64,000 nt of DNA, taken from Eledone cirrhosa. Taxonomy: Eukaryota. The notes under the pieces are model-generated. The model was not told where the DNA came from and searched no databases. It saw only the letters and a program-made list of their open reading frames with translations. This document shows, in pieces, positions 44,435 to 56,483 of the stretch; positions within the stretch are counted from its first letter, which is position 1; each line of letters opens with the position of its first letter. The position numbers were made by a program, and so were the translations under genes. The stretch covers positions 182,838,001-182,902,000 of the forward strand of contig OZ024742.1 of the NCBI GenBank assembly GCA_964016885.1, given 5' to 3'.

Positions 44435-47184
44435 AGACTCACGCGACATTTTAATCAAACAAGATTTCCCTATTACAGTGTCTTATTATATATCTCATAT
44501 ATTGTTATTCTTTTCATATATGTCTATTCATGGGAATTTATATTGCACCGCAAAAACTTTAAGATGTCAGTATGCAGGCCTACTGCTCATTATGGGTTAT
44601 ATGGAGGGCGTTGTTAACCAGAAAAGCAATTATTGATTCGGAATTTCATATTCAGTTGTATATATTTACAAACAGACATAGACAATAAAATAGTGGGGAG
44701 AGAAAAATAAAATATTGTAAAATAAAAAGGGGTAGATTTAAAGAGAGGGAAAACTACACCCTTGGCTGCGTCCTGCTGATAAGCAGGCGAAAGCATTGCT
44801 GCGGGTAACAACCAGTGATACTCACTCTATCAGGCGAGATGCCCCCTTCATATTTTGGTGGAGGAAAATGGCAGTCCGGGCCCGATGACACCGCAGGTCT
44901 GGATGGCAACCGGCACAATAAAGAAACGATCAGTCAAAGCCCAAGCTAGTACAACTGTCTATCTATAAACATACTGAAATATACCGTTCAGCTAAGGGCC
45001 TATATTTGCTCCCTTTCCGTTTCTTCTTTTTCTTCCCCCTCACCCCATTTTTTTATAAACGTATTTTGAACAAATTTTTTATAAACGTATTTTAAACAAA
45101 TTTTGCAATCCATTTGTTTGGTAATCTATAAAATAGGCGACGCCCATCTCTCAGAGGAGAAATATAAATATTATTGCCCTGTTACTACTGTTATTTTTGT
45201 TAATGTTACAAAAGAGAAGCTCTCTATTAGATGAAGTATTAGAATGTCAGCCCAATAGTTACGTCTTCAAATACGCTGGACTGAATTCTATTTTCATTGT
45301 CTACAGTTTTTTAACTCGAGCGATTATTTATCACACATTTGCGAGAAGATTAGCTATGATAGACTGTCATCAATTTATGGAAATATGGAGATACGTAGTG
45401 GGAATGGCATTCCTTTACTTTTCATTTTCTGGCGAGAGTGAGGGCTAGAGTGTCTGACCCCCACCCCCTTCTTTGCCAACCTCAACTTTACGGACCTTAA
45501 CGTATCCTAAGCACTTTTGACATCAAACATCCTAAATCCAGCACCGGTTCTACGATACAGAACTGTTTTCATTTATCTAAAAAAATTCCATTATAACTTT
45601 ATTTAAGAACCGTATTTGTGTTTCAAACACCACCGTAATAATAAAGTTAGTTATTTTAGTAAATACCTCCAAATTCTTGATTATTTTCAGAATTATTTCA
45701 AAATCATACACAGTGCCTTTCGTTAGAAATACGTGAAGAAAAGGGTTAATTCCTACAACTAGTTTCCATCACTGCTAACACCCTATTTAGAGAAAGAATT
45801 ATATTATCTCTTACTATCTATCGACACATATAAGTGAATAAGATTCGAACGTTAAAAATAATTTTAGTTTGTAAAAGGAGTCATTTTCATTTTGATAAAA
45901 TTTATTTTCCTTAAGCAATTCTAAAAGATGGCAAGTAAATAGCAGTTTTCCTGAAAATAACGCATGTATTAAATAACGATTTGGAATCTGTGCAATGGAA
46001 TTGCCATTTCGATTAGGTGAGTGTATCTCTTTTGCTCCACACTGTAGATAAGAGTGAATGGAAAAATATATTTCTCCAAAAACACGTGTTTCCAAGAACA
46101 GTAACTGATATTGCTTCAGGTAATATAACTCATTCATTCCAACTCAGCTGTAAAAAAATCTTTAATACTTGTTCTTTCTTTTTTTATTGATTATGGCTAG
46201 AAAAAGGTTTTGCGCTTAAAGCAGAATTGTTAGAAAAGAATTTTCGAATCTTGGTGATTCTCTAAGAATAACTATTATTTCGCCTCGTTATCTTATAATT
46301 ACTGGTGCACACACAAAAATGTCTAATAATTGGCTTAAATTTTCACATCATTATATTGCTTGATTGAATTTCTGGTGATTAGTGAAGCAAAGTTCGGTGA
46401 TATATTGTCATTAAAAATATTTCTATAGGAAATATTTTTACCACGTATCTCTAATATTTAATGTAAGTTACTCTCCGACTGAAAATCTGTGGTAAATTTT
46501 ACTCTACTGCTTAATCTGGCTTATTTATCCAGTAGATCGATTCCAGAATCGGAGAAACTTTCAGTTTTGTCGAGTTAAATTAGACGTAAATTACTCACGT
46601 TTTAGTATAATCAATTATCTGTTTATGGCATGCTTTGTTCAGCAAGTAATTCGGGAGGTAATGTTTTTCTTATGAATTTACTGGAAAAAATAAGTCTTAA
46701 TTCACGGAATATTTGGCAGATAATATTTAGTTTTCCCACTCACTAAAAGCTTCCCAATGACTCATTAATTATATATTATATGTTGTTCTAAGGAAGATTT
46801 TCTTTTAAAACTAGGTTAATTTCTCTAATGAGGGATAAATTTCTTACACAATGCACCCAGGAGGAATAACCAGATAATATGTTGAATATTATTTACTCGT
46901 TATTTGTTGTTGTTTTTATTTGTTTGTTTGTTTCTGTTTTTGTTGTTGTTGTTATGACTGCTTAGCTCCTGGTCGATTCTGATCGAGAAGGCCTATGATT
47001 AAAATTATTCCGGCCTTATTTTCATGCATAGTTCATCGAATTTGCATTATCACATGTATCCTATCCTTTTTATATGGTATGATATAATTTAATGCAGATT
47101 TAGATGTTTCTAGCAGAATGAGCGACTAAGACGAGGTTGGTTCCTTACTTCAACCTAGTGTCACAGATTTATACGAAAGGGATA

Positions 47185-47470
47185 GAGACCCACTACATAC
47201 TTGGTACATTTGTTATCTATCTACTCTATACCTAGTGCATTTATTATCGAACCATAACATAGCTGGTACATTTGTTATCGATGCCCTACATACCTGATGC
47301 AGTTGCTACCAAGCCACTAGGTACCTAGTACATTTGTTATCGATCAACAATTCGCCTGGTACATAGATTCGATTCCCTACATATCTGGTGCATTTTGTAT
47401 TGCGCCGCAATGTACCTGGTGTATTTTTATCAATCCCCTGCATACATGGTACATTTGTTTTCGATCCCAG
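47185..47470. repeat. Degenerate ~30-bp minisatellite (tacatacctggtacatttgttatcgatcc)
   Basis: ggtacatttgttatcga recurs. Confidence 0.7.
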
Positions 47471-47644
47471 GAGTAATGATGTCAAACTAGACTATGGAGA
47501 CTAGAAAACAGAAGCTAAATACGATATATATCGCATGAGACAATGTGAGAGCCTGAAATACGATCAATCAATCTCTCTCATATCCGACCCTATCATCTTA
47601 AGGATAGGAATGATGAAGAAATAAGGTTGTCGATACGAAACCTA

Positions 47645-47920
47645 ATATATAACATGGTATATAGTATATAACATAGTATATAGCACAGTACACAATGTAG
47701 TATATAGTTTAAAGTATAGCATAATATGTAGTATAGTATATAGAATGGCATATAGTATAGTATATAGCTCGGTATGTAATATAGTATGGCATATAGCATA
47801 GAATATAGAATAGAATATAGTACAGTATACAATACAATATATAGTACCTTATATAGTATAGTATATATCGTGATATATAGCATAGTATATGGTACAGTAT
47901 ACGACACAGTAAACAGTATA
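47645..47920. repeat. Degenerate (TATAG)n repeat
   Basis: Direct inspection. Confidence 0.7.
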
Positions 47921-48621
47921 TGTATAAATCGAGAGATAAGCTGGGGCGAAAAAACAACTAGATACTGTAGGACATTTAGTCCGATATTTTCCTGTTTCTG
48001 CCGTTCTACTACCTGAGAAACAACTACTATCATATTGATTTCTAATGCTTGGAAAGGTCAAAATATTTGTGAGTGAAGCAGTCAATCAAATTGACTGCAA
48101 TATTTCATTGATACCTAGCTTATCGATAACAGTTGCTATAGCATTGAAATATATGCCAAATCGTTCAATCCCTCACCACCATAAGAAACAACAACAAAAG
48201 TAATCAATAAATAAACAGTGGCAAAACTATCCATAAATACAAGTTTGTTTTGTTTTGGTTTTGTATTTTATTTATCATAAGCGGTATCTTGTATGTTTCT
48301 AGTATTTCTCTAAAGCTGATTGTTAGTTCCGTTAGCACTATTGCTCTTATAATTACAGCTATAATGATTTCCATCAAATCTACTCCAAGTAACGTTATCA
48401 CGAAGATCTTGTGTTCTTTCTGGCACCGCAAATTATTACCTTGGCGCCATCAATTTTATCATGAATCATGCAAAAAGCAACATAAGTGTACACATAGCTC
48501 AAAATATTATCTGATCTTTGCAAATGAAACTACACCGCAAAGTAATACATACATATATACATACAATCACACATATACTTACAACTATATATATATATAC
48601 ACATATTCCTATGTTTATATA

Positions 48622-48664
<43 letters not shown>

Positions 48665-48869
48665 ATATTTGGGGAGGGTCATATTTGCGTAATATTGCCA
48701 GAATTAATAACAGAACACACTCACTGTTTGGTTGGTTTTCGCTTCTCGCTGTCTTTTATATATATATATCTGCGATCTAACTTACTCGGTCCTCAATGTT
48801 GCCATTGACTGACCGGCGGTCAAAAATAATACAGATACAATATAGACAAACACATATATATATAGTTTA

Positions 48870-48907
48870 CATAAATCTTTCGTTGCACATCTGCAACATC
48901 GTCAGTG
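48870..48907 (-). ncRNA. Hammerhead ribozyme motif (inverted copy)
   Basis: Reverse complement of 52122-52159. Confidence 0.7.
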
Positions 48908-49186
48908 GTGTTATATTCATTGTTCCTCCTGTTGTGTTGTATGTCTACGCCATTTTTTTTTTTTGTTCAGTCTGTCTATATATTTATTTATTTATTTGCT
49001 TGTTTGTTTATCTTATTTTATTTTGTCTTCTTTGCGCATGCGTTTGCGTGTGTGTATAGTGTTATGTGTGATGTGTGATGTGTGACTAGTGTGTATAGTG
49101 TTGTCTGCTGGGTGACTAGTGTGTGTTTATGTGCTTGTGTATGTATTTATTTATCTTATTTTATTTAATTTAATTTACTTATTTAT

Positions 49187-51715
49187 TTATACTTCTCTTA
49201 GGTCAGTGTTGTTTGTTTGGGTGTTGTTGTTGTTCCACTCATTCTTTCTGTTTAGCTTTGGTCTTCTAATTTCTATTTCACTGGCCTCTCTGATTTGCCT
49301 ATCTGCTGGGTCATTCCTATGTTTAGATATTATTCTAATTTCTATGTTGTCTATGTTACCGTCATGATGTTGTCTAGCATGTTCGTATAGTACTGACCCG
49401 TTTTTTCGTCCTTTTAGTTCCCCCCAGTGTTGGTCTATCCTTTCACCTATGCTACGAGCTGTCTCACCTATGTATGTTGTTGTCGTGTTTCTGCAAGTAC
49501 CCTCTGTACATCTTATGCTATAGACTACGTTTCTAGTTTTACAGTTTATCCGGGGGTTCACCTTACATATGATACATTTCCTATTGGTACAGTGGGTTTT
49601 CTTAAAAGGGTAGGTTTTGCTGATCAGGGATTTTATGGTGGTTCCTGGCTTTTCTACCACCTTTATTTTTAAGTGGGTCTTTCTCAGGGCCTTTCTACAC
49701 TGGTTAGCTAATTTCCCTCCAGGGGTGGCGTCCACAAACATGACACTCTGATATCTCTGGTTGTCGTACCATGATGTGGCCTTCCCTATCTTATGTCTAG
49801 CCCTATCTAAGCTATTCCATGATTTGCTCCTGTATAGTGGGCAAATTCCTTTCATGTCCAGTTCTATGAGGGTCTTATACTTTTCCATGGCTCCTTCGTA
49901 TACTCTGACTCTGTCTCTTTGGTTGTAGCCAGAGAACTGCATGCGGTTGATGAAGTGTTGGATGTGTCCTTCCATTTCTGTTGGGTCGCACATGCTGGAC
50001 ACATTCTTCATCACTCGTACCAAATCTGCGATCAGAATATTAAACTTAGCACTACTGGACATTGCTGAGTTTTTGAGTATCAGGTATTTGGAGGCCATGG
50101 GTTTAGCATAGTGTGAGTGGAGAATTTGGGCTCTCTCGTCTGTAGTGTTAATCCAGAGTTCTGTGTCTAATACAGGTAGTCTATTGTTAGGGTGTTTGGA
50201 AGGGAAGTCTATAGTTACAGTTATACTCTGGTGTATGGAATTAGCTATCTGCTGGATGCTTTCCATCGTGCTACGTTCTAAATCAAACTTGTTAGTGCTC
50301 TCTAGTGGGGGTGTTCTTATAACTATATTGATATCGTCTACATAACGAGAGTACATGATGAGGTCTATGGAGCTTTCATTAAGGAGATCTTTAAGTCTCC
50401 TTTCCCACCATACCATGAAAAGGTTGGCAACATCGCCAGCTATGCTGACGCCGATGGCTGCTCCCTCATTTTGGGTGTAGATTTTCTCATTGAACTTAAA
50501 TATGTGGCCCTTTAGGGTAGTTTTGATACTAGCCCCTATTGCATGTGCGACCATTTTTCTTACCTGATCAGTGTTTTGGGGGGTCCGTATAGCTTTGGTC
50601 CACCCAATCCACCTTCCTATGGGAGTCTTTTTAGCCATTGAGGTTATGGTGGGGGGTCTACCTCTTATAGGTCTACTAGGGCAGAAACATCTAAGGTCAT
50701 GGCTGTCTAGGTAGTCAGTGTCGTAGGTAAGTCTAAGTAGGAGGCCCAGTTCGTCTGTGTCGACGTCGCAGAACTCCACCTCACTCTCAATGATCATCTC
50801 CACACATCTTTTCACAGCAAAATCAATGTTAATGGATGGGTACAGTGACACCACATCCATGCTGCCTATTATGCAGTTGGATAGGCTCCTGTTTTTGTTG
50901 CACTCACTGATTCTGCTGAGGAGGTCCTCTGTACTTTCACATACATCTGGGGACATCTTGATTATGGGGCGTATAACCATTGAGAGGAAGTAGGAGATCC
51001 TGTAGTTGCTAGCTATATTAGCTCCGCATACAGGTCTTGTTGGTGGTCCTATTGTCGGGTCGTCGACTGTCTTGTGGTCTTTGCGGAGCCCATACAAGGG
51101 TGGTATGCCATTGTTAGACGCCTGGAAGTTGTTGGCAGTGCGTCTGCTTGGCTTTAGGATGTCAGTCCACATCATCATGTGAGCGTTGAGGATTTTTTCT
51201 CTCCCATCGTGTGTTAGTTGTGCAACTTCGCTCGTGTTGGTGATGTGGGGTTGCATTGCCTCGATGTAGTTCGGCATGCTATCTATTGACATCCTACCAG
51301 ACTTATCTGTGGGTAGACACACTACCTCACCATCCCTTGTGCGCTGCTTGAGGCTAACCAAGCCTTCTACAGGTTTTATCCCAAGTTGTTGGGCCTCTGG
51401 TCTGCTCTGTCTCATAGTGTACCTGTCTACTACTTGTCTAATCTTATTTCTAGCTATGGTGAACTGTGCCTCCGTCTCGTCATCTATTTGTTGTGGTATG
51501 CAAACTCTTTTATTAAAGGGTAACCTCGTAGGATAGATATTACCCATCTTATATGTTTTGTCAGCTGGGTTGAAAAATAGTTTCTCTAAGGGGTTGTCGT
51601 TATTTCTATCGTCATAGTTGTGTGTGTTGCTATTATTGTTATCATGGTGGTTGTTGTTGTTTCTATCCTTAGCATTAATATTATTATTGTTATGATTGCT
51701 AGATGTATTATTGTT
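49187..51715 (-). pseudogene. 5'-truncated PLE RT-GIY-YIG ORF (intact from the Asn tract to the stop)
   Basis: Same protein as the C-terminal ~843 aa of the full ORFs except I->T (WINTTDER). The tracked start MPICW(V) comes from the junction. Confidence 0.9.
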
Positions 51716-52121
51716 GACCCAGCAGATAGGCAAATCAGAGAGGCCAGTGAAATAGAAATTAGAAGACCAAAGCTAAACAGAAAGAATGAGTGGAACAACA
51801 ACAACACCCAAACAAACAACACTGACCTAAGAGAAGTATAAATAAATAAGTAAATTAAATTAAATAAAATAAGATAAATAAATACATACACAAGCACATA
51901 AACACACACTAGTCACCCAGCAGACAACACTATACACACTAGTCACACATCACACATCACACATAACACTATACACACACGCAAACGCATGCGCAAAGAA
52001 GACAAAATAAAATAAGATAAACAAACAAGCAAATAAATAAATAAATATATAGACAGACTGAACAAAAAAAAAAAAATGGCGTAGACATACAACACAACAG
52101 GAGGAACAATGAATATAACAC

Positions 52122-52159
52122 CACTGACGATGTTGCAGATGTGCAACGAAAGATTTATG
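52122..52159 (+). ncRNA. Atypical minimal hammerhead ribozyme motif in pLTR 1
   Basis: ca-CTGACGA-t-gttgca(gatg)tgcaac-GAAA-gatt-TA-tg. Confidence 0.7.
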
Positions 52160-52346
52160 TAAACTATATATATATGTGTTTGTCTATATTGTATCTGTAT
52201 TATTTTTGACCGCCGGTCAGTCAATGGCAACATTGAGGACCGAGTAAGTTAGATCGCAGATATATATATATAAAAGACAGCGAGAAGCGAAAACCAACCA
52301 AACAGTGAGTGTGTTCTGTTATTAATTCTGGCAATATTACGCAAAT

Positions 52347-55300
52347 ATGACCCTCCCCAAATATAACAATATCTGTTTCGACACACGATTTCATATAAAA
52401 AACCTCGCAAAACTAATTCATCGCCGCTATGGCATTAGCTTGTGCCAAGCTGAAAGGTTATTGAAAGACACTGTTTTCTGTTATATAAAAACTACAATAA
52501 CAACAGAACAAATCCGCTTCTTAAAACACTGTGTTTCCTCCAAAACATACACAACAAACATATCAAAACAAGTAAATAATTTATTATTGAACAAAACACA
52601 AGCTGAACGGCTAAAACACACAATAACAGTTAATATGAAAAGAACAACATACACAAAAGTCAACGCACTCTACAGACAAAAACGCATCAACGGTAAGGAA
52701 ATCCGAAATCTCATCACAGCAAACGAGAGAGATGACTTCATGAGCGTCATCCGACGCGAAACGAAATATGCTCAAAACGAATGCTGTAGGCATTTCAAGA
52801 AGAAATTAGAATGGATGAATAAGAAAAAACTACAAGAAAGGAAAATCGAATATTCTCAAAAATACCCAGATAACATCGACAACATCCGTATGAGTGATGT
52901 AAAACTACCGGAAGAATTTACCAATGACCACACAGTAAATATCTATGGGAACACTTTAATCAGTGAACAAGAACAACAAATCCTAAAGTTACCACCAAAA
53001 TTTGCCATCTACAAAAAGATTAATCCTATGGAATGCAAAACGGAGCTGGAAAAGTGTTTCACAAAAATACGTTGGAATGCAAAGGTAAACAACAACAACA
53101 ACAATAATAACGGTAGTAGTAATATAAACAATAACTCTGGGTATAGAAATAACAGCCATAACCATAACAATGGCAGGAAAGTGAGAAATAGTGATAATGG
53201 TAATAATACTAGCGATAGACAGAACAACAACAACCACAATAATAATAATAATAGAAACGTTAACCACAGACACAGCAACAGTGACCACAGTAGTAATAAC
53301 GGTAACAATACGAACAACAACAACAACAATAACCACAGTGGTAATAATGGAAATAGTACATGTAGCAACATCAACAAAAACAAGAAACATAATAATAGTA
53401 ACAACCACAATGGTAGAAATAGCAGTAACAACAACAATAACGGTGAAGTAAACAACAATACATCTAGCAATCATAACAATAATAATATTAATGCTAAGGA
53501 TAGAAACAACAACAACCACCATGATAACAATAATAGCAACACACACAACTATGACGATAGAAATAACGACAACCCCTTAGAGAAACTATTTTTCAACCCA
53601 GCTGACAAAACATATAAGATGGGTAATATCTATCCTACGAGGTTACCCTTTAATAAAAGAGTTTGCATACCACAACAAATAGATGACGAGACGGAGGCAC
53701 AGTTCACCATAGCTAGAAATAAGATTAGACAAGTAGTAGACAGGTACACTATGAGACAGAGCAGACCAGAGGCCCAACAACTTGGGATAAAACCTGTAGA
53801 AGGCTTGGTTAGCCTCAAGCAGCGCACAAGGGATGGTGAGGTAGTGTGTCTACCCACAGATAAGTCTGGTAGGATGTCAATAGATAGCATGCCGAACTAC
53901 ATCGAGGCAATGCAACCCCACATCACCAACACGAGCGAAGTTGCACAACTAACACACGATGGGAGAGAAAAAATCCTCAACGCTCACATGATGATGTGGA
54001 CTGACATCCTAAAGCCAAGCAGACGCACTGCCAACAACTTCCAGGCGTCTAACAATGGCATACCACCCTTGTATGGGCTCCGCAAAGACCACAAGACAGT
54101 CGACGACCCGACAATAGGACCACCAACAAGACCTGTATGCGGAGCTAATATAGCTAGCAACTACAGGATCTCCTACTTCCTCTCAATGGTTATACGCCCC
54201 ATAATCAAGATGTCCCCAGATGTATGTGAAAGTACAGAGGACCTCCTCAGCAGAATCAGTGAGTGCAACAAAAACAGGAGCCTATCCAACTGCATAATAG
54301 GCAGCATGGATGTGGTGTCACTGTACCCATCCATTAACATTGATTTTGCTGTGAAAAGATGTGTGGAGATGATCATTGAGAGTGAGGTGGAGTTCTGCGA
54401 CGTCGACACAGACGAACTGGGCCTCCTACTTAGACTTACCTACGACACTGACTACCTAGACAGCCATGACCTTAGATGTTTCTGCCCTAGTAGACCTATA
54501 AGAGGTAGACCCCCCACCATAACCTCAATGGCTAAAAAGACTCCCATAGGAAGGTGGATTGGGTGGACCAAAGCTATACGGACCCCCCAAAACACTGATC
54601 AGGTAAGAAAAATGGTCGCACATGCAATAGGGGCTAGTATCAAAACTACCCTAAAGGGCCACATATTTAAGTTCAATGAGAAAATCTACACCCAAAATGA
54701 GGGAGCAGCCATCGGCGTCAGCATAGCTGGCGATGTTGCCAACCTTTTCATGGTATGGTGGGAAAGGAGACTTAAAGATCTCCTTAATGAAAGCTCCATA
54801 GACCTCATCATGTACTCTCGTTATGTAGACGATATCAATATAGTTATAAGAACACCCCCACTAGAGAGCACTAACAAGTTTGATTTAGAACGTAGCACGA
54901 TGGAAAGCATCCAGCAGATAGCTAATTCCATACACCAGAGTATAACTGTAACTATAGACTTCCCTTCCAAACACCCTAACAATAGACTACCTGTATTAGA
55001 CACAGAACTCTGGATTAACACTATAGACGAGAGAGCCCAAATTCTCCACTCACACTATGCTAAACCCATGGCCTCCAAATACCTGATACTCAAAAACTCA
55101 GCAATGTCCAGTAGTGCTAAGTTTAATATTCTGATCGCAGATTTGGTACGAGTGATGAAGAATGTGTCCAGCATGTGCGACCCAACAGAAATGGAAGGAC
55201 ACATCCAACACTTCATCAACCGCATGCAGTTCTCTGGCTACAACCAAAGAGACAGAGTCAGAGTATACGAAGGAGCCATGGAAAAGTATAAGACCCTCAT

Positions 55301-55979
55301 AGAACTGGACATGAAAGGAATTTGCCCACTATACAGGAGCAAATCATGGAATAGCTTAGATAGGGCTAGACATAAGATAGGGAAGGCCACATCATGGTAC
55401 GACAACCAGAGATATCAGAGTGTCATGTTTGTGGACGCCACCCCTGGAGGGAAATTAGCTAACCAGTGTAGAAAGGCCCTGAGAAAGACCCACTTAAAAA
55501 TAAAGGTGGTAGAAAAGCCAGGAACCACCATAAAATCCCTGATCAGCAAAACCTACCCTTTTAAGAAAACCCACTGTACCAATAGGAAATGTATCATATG
55601 TAAGGTGAACCCCCGGATAAACTGTAAAACTAGAAACGTAGTCTATAGCATAAGATGTACAGAGGGTACTTGCAGAAACACGACAACAACATACATAGGT
55701 GAGACAGCTCGTAGCATAGGTGAAAGGATAGACCAACACTGGGGGGAACTAAAAGGACGAAAAAACGGGTCAGTACTATACGAACATGCTAGACAACATC
55801 ATGACGGTAACATAGACAACATAGAAATTAGAATAATATCTAAACATAGGAATGACCCAGCAGATAGGCAAATCAGAGAGGCCAGTGAAATAGAAATTAG
55901 AAGACCAAAGCTAAACAGAAAGAATGAGTGGAACAACAACAACACCCAAACAAACAACACTGACCTAAGAGAAGTATAA
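52347..55979 (+). CDS. PLE polyprotein, 1210 aa: basic N-terminal domain, Asn-rich insert, reverse transcriptase, Cys-rich linker, GIY-YIG endonuclease
   Basis: TDKSG, LYGLRKDHK, RPV, SMDVVSLYPSI, QNEGAAIG, RYVDD, LPVLD; C-x4-C-x2-C linker; VVY..C...C...YIGETAR...R...H...H...E...LNR. The Cys linker suggests a Neptune/Nematis-type PLE (not certain). Confidence 0.97.
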   Translation: MTLPKYNNICFDTRFHIKNLAKLIHRRYGISLCQAERLLKDTVFCYIKTTITTEQIRFLKHCVSSKTYTTNISKQVNNLLLNKTQAERLKHTITVNMKRTTYTKVNALYRQKRINGKEIRNLITANERDDFMSVIRRETKYAQNECCRHFKKKLEWMNKKKLQERKIEYSQKYPDNIDNIRMSDVKLPEEFTNDHTVNIYGNTLISEQEQQILKLPPKFAIYKKINPMECKTELEKCFTKIRWNAKVNNNNNNNNGSSNINNNSGYRNNSHNHNNGRKVRNSDNGNNTSDRQNNNNHNNNNNRNVNHRHSNSDHSSNNGNNTNNNNNNNHSGNNGNSTCSNINKNKKHNNSNNHNGRNSSNNNNNGEVNNNTSSNHNNNNINAKDRNNNNHHDNNNSNTHNYDDRNNDNPLEKLFFNPADKTYKMGNIYPTRLPFNKRVCIPQQIDDETEAQFTIARNKIRQVVDRYTMRQSRPEAQQLGIKPVEGLVSLKQRTRDGEVVCLPTDKSGRMSIDSMPNYIEAMQPHITNTSEVAQLTHDGREKILNAHMMMWTDILKPSRRTANNFQASNNGIPPLYGLRKDHKTVDDPTIGPPTRPVCGANIASNYRISYFLSMVIRPIIKMSPDVCESTEDLLSRISECNKNRSLSNCIIGSMDVVSLYPSINIDFAVKRCVEMIIESEVEFCDVDTDELGLLLRLTYDTDYLDSHDLRCFCPSRPIRGRPPTITSMAKKTPIGRWIGWTKAIRTPQNTDQVRKMVAHAIGASIKTTLKGHIFKFNEKIYTQNEGAAIGVSIAGDVANLFMVWWERRLKDLLNESSIDLIMYSRYVDDINIVIRTPPLESTNKFDLERSTMESIQQIANSIHQSITVTIDFPSKHPNNRLPVLDTELWINTIDERAQILHSHYAKPMASKYLILKNSAMSSSAKFNILIADLVRVMKNVSSMCDPTEMEGHIQHFINRMQFSGYNQRDRVRVYEGAMEKYKTLIELDMKGICPLYRSKSWNSLDRARHKIGKATSWYDNQRYQSVMFVDATPGGKLANQCRKALRKTHLKIKVVEKPGTTIKSLISKTYPFKKTHCTNRKCIICKVNPRINCKTRNVVYSIRCTEGTCRNTTTTYIGETARSIGERIDQHWGELKGRKNGSVLYEHARQHHDGNIDNIEIRIISKHRNDPADRQIREASEIEIRRPKLNRKNEWNNNNTQTNNTDLREV

Positions 55980-56258
55980 ATAAATAAGTAAATTAAATTA
56001 AATAAAATAAGATAAATAAATACATACACAAGCACATAAACACACACTAGTCACCCAGCAGACAACACTATACACACTAGTCACACATCACACATCACAC
56101 ATAACACTATACACACACGCAAACGCATGCGCAAAGAAGACAAAATAAAATAAGATAAACAAACAAGCAAATAAATAAATAAATATATAGACAGACTGAA
56201 CAAAAAAAAAAAATGGCGTAGACATACAACACAACAGGAGGAACAATGAATATAACAC

Positions 56259-56296
56259 CACTGACGATGTTGCAGATGTGCAACGAAAGATTTATG
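56259..56296 (+). ncRNA. Hammerhead ribozyme motif in spacer/pLTR 2
   Basis: Identical to 52122-52159. Confidence 0.7.
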
Positions 56297-56483
56297 TAAA
56301 CTATATATATATGTGTTTGTCTATATTGTATCTGTATTATTTTTGACCGCCGGTCAGTCAATGGCAACATTGAGGACCGAGTAAGTTAGATCGCAGATAT
56401 ATATATATAAAAGACAGCGAGAAGCGAAAACCAACCAAACAGTGAGTGTGTTCTGTTATTAATTCTGGCAATATTACGCAAAT

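Noticed and set aside
52200-52260. HDV-like ribozyme suggested by the ggcaac-capped hairpin
   Set aside because: Could not build the P1/P2/P3 nested pseudoknot or the catalytic J4/2 on either strand.
52989-53546. Hydrophobic antisense ORFs (185 and 153 aa) in the PLE
   Set aside because: Reverse-frame read-outs of the AAC/AAT tract.
52347-55979. Selenoprotein-type (UGA-recoding) PLE
   Set aside because: The ORF has no in-frame TGA and ends in TAA; no SECIS needed or recognised.
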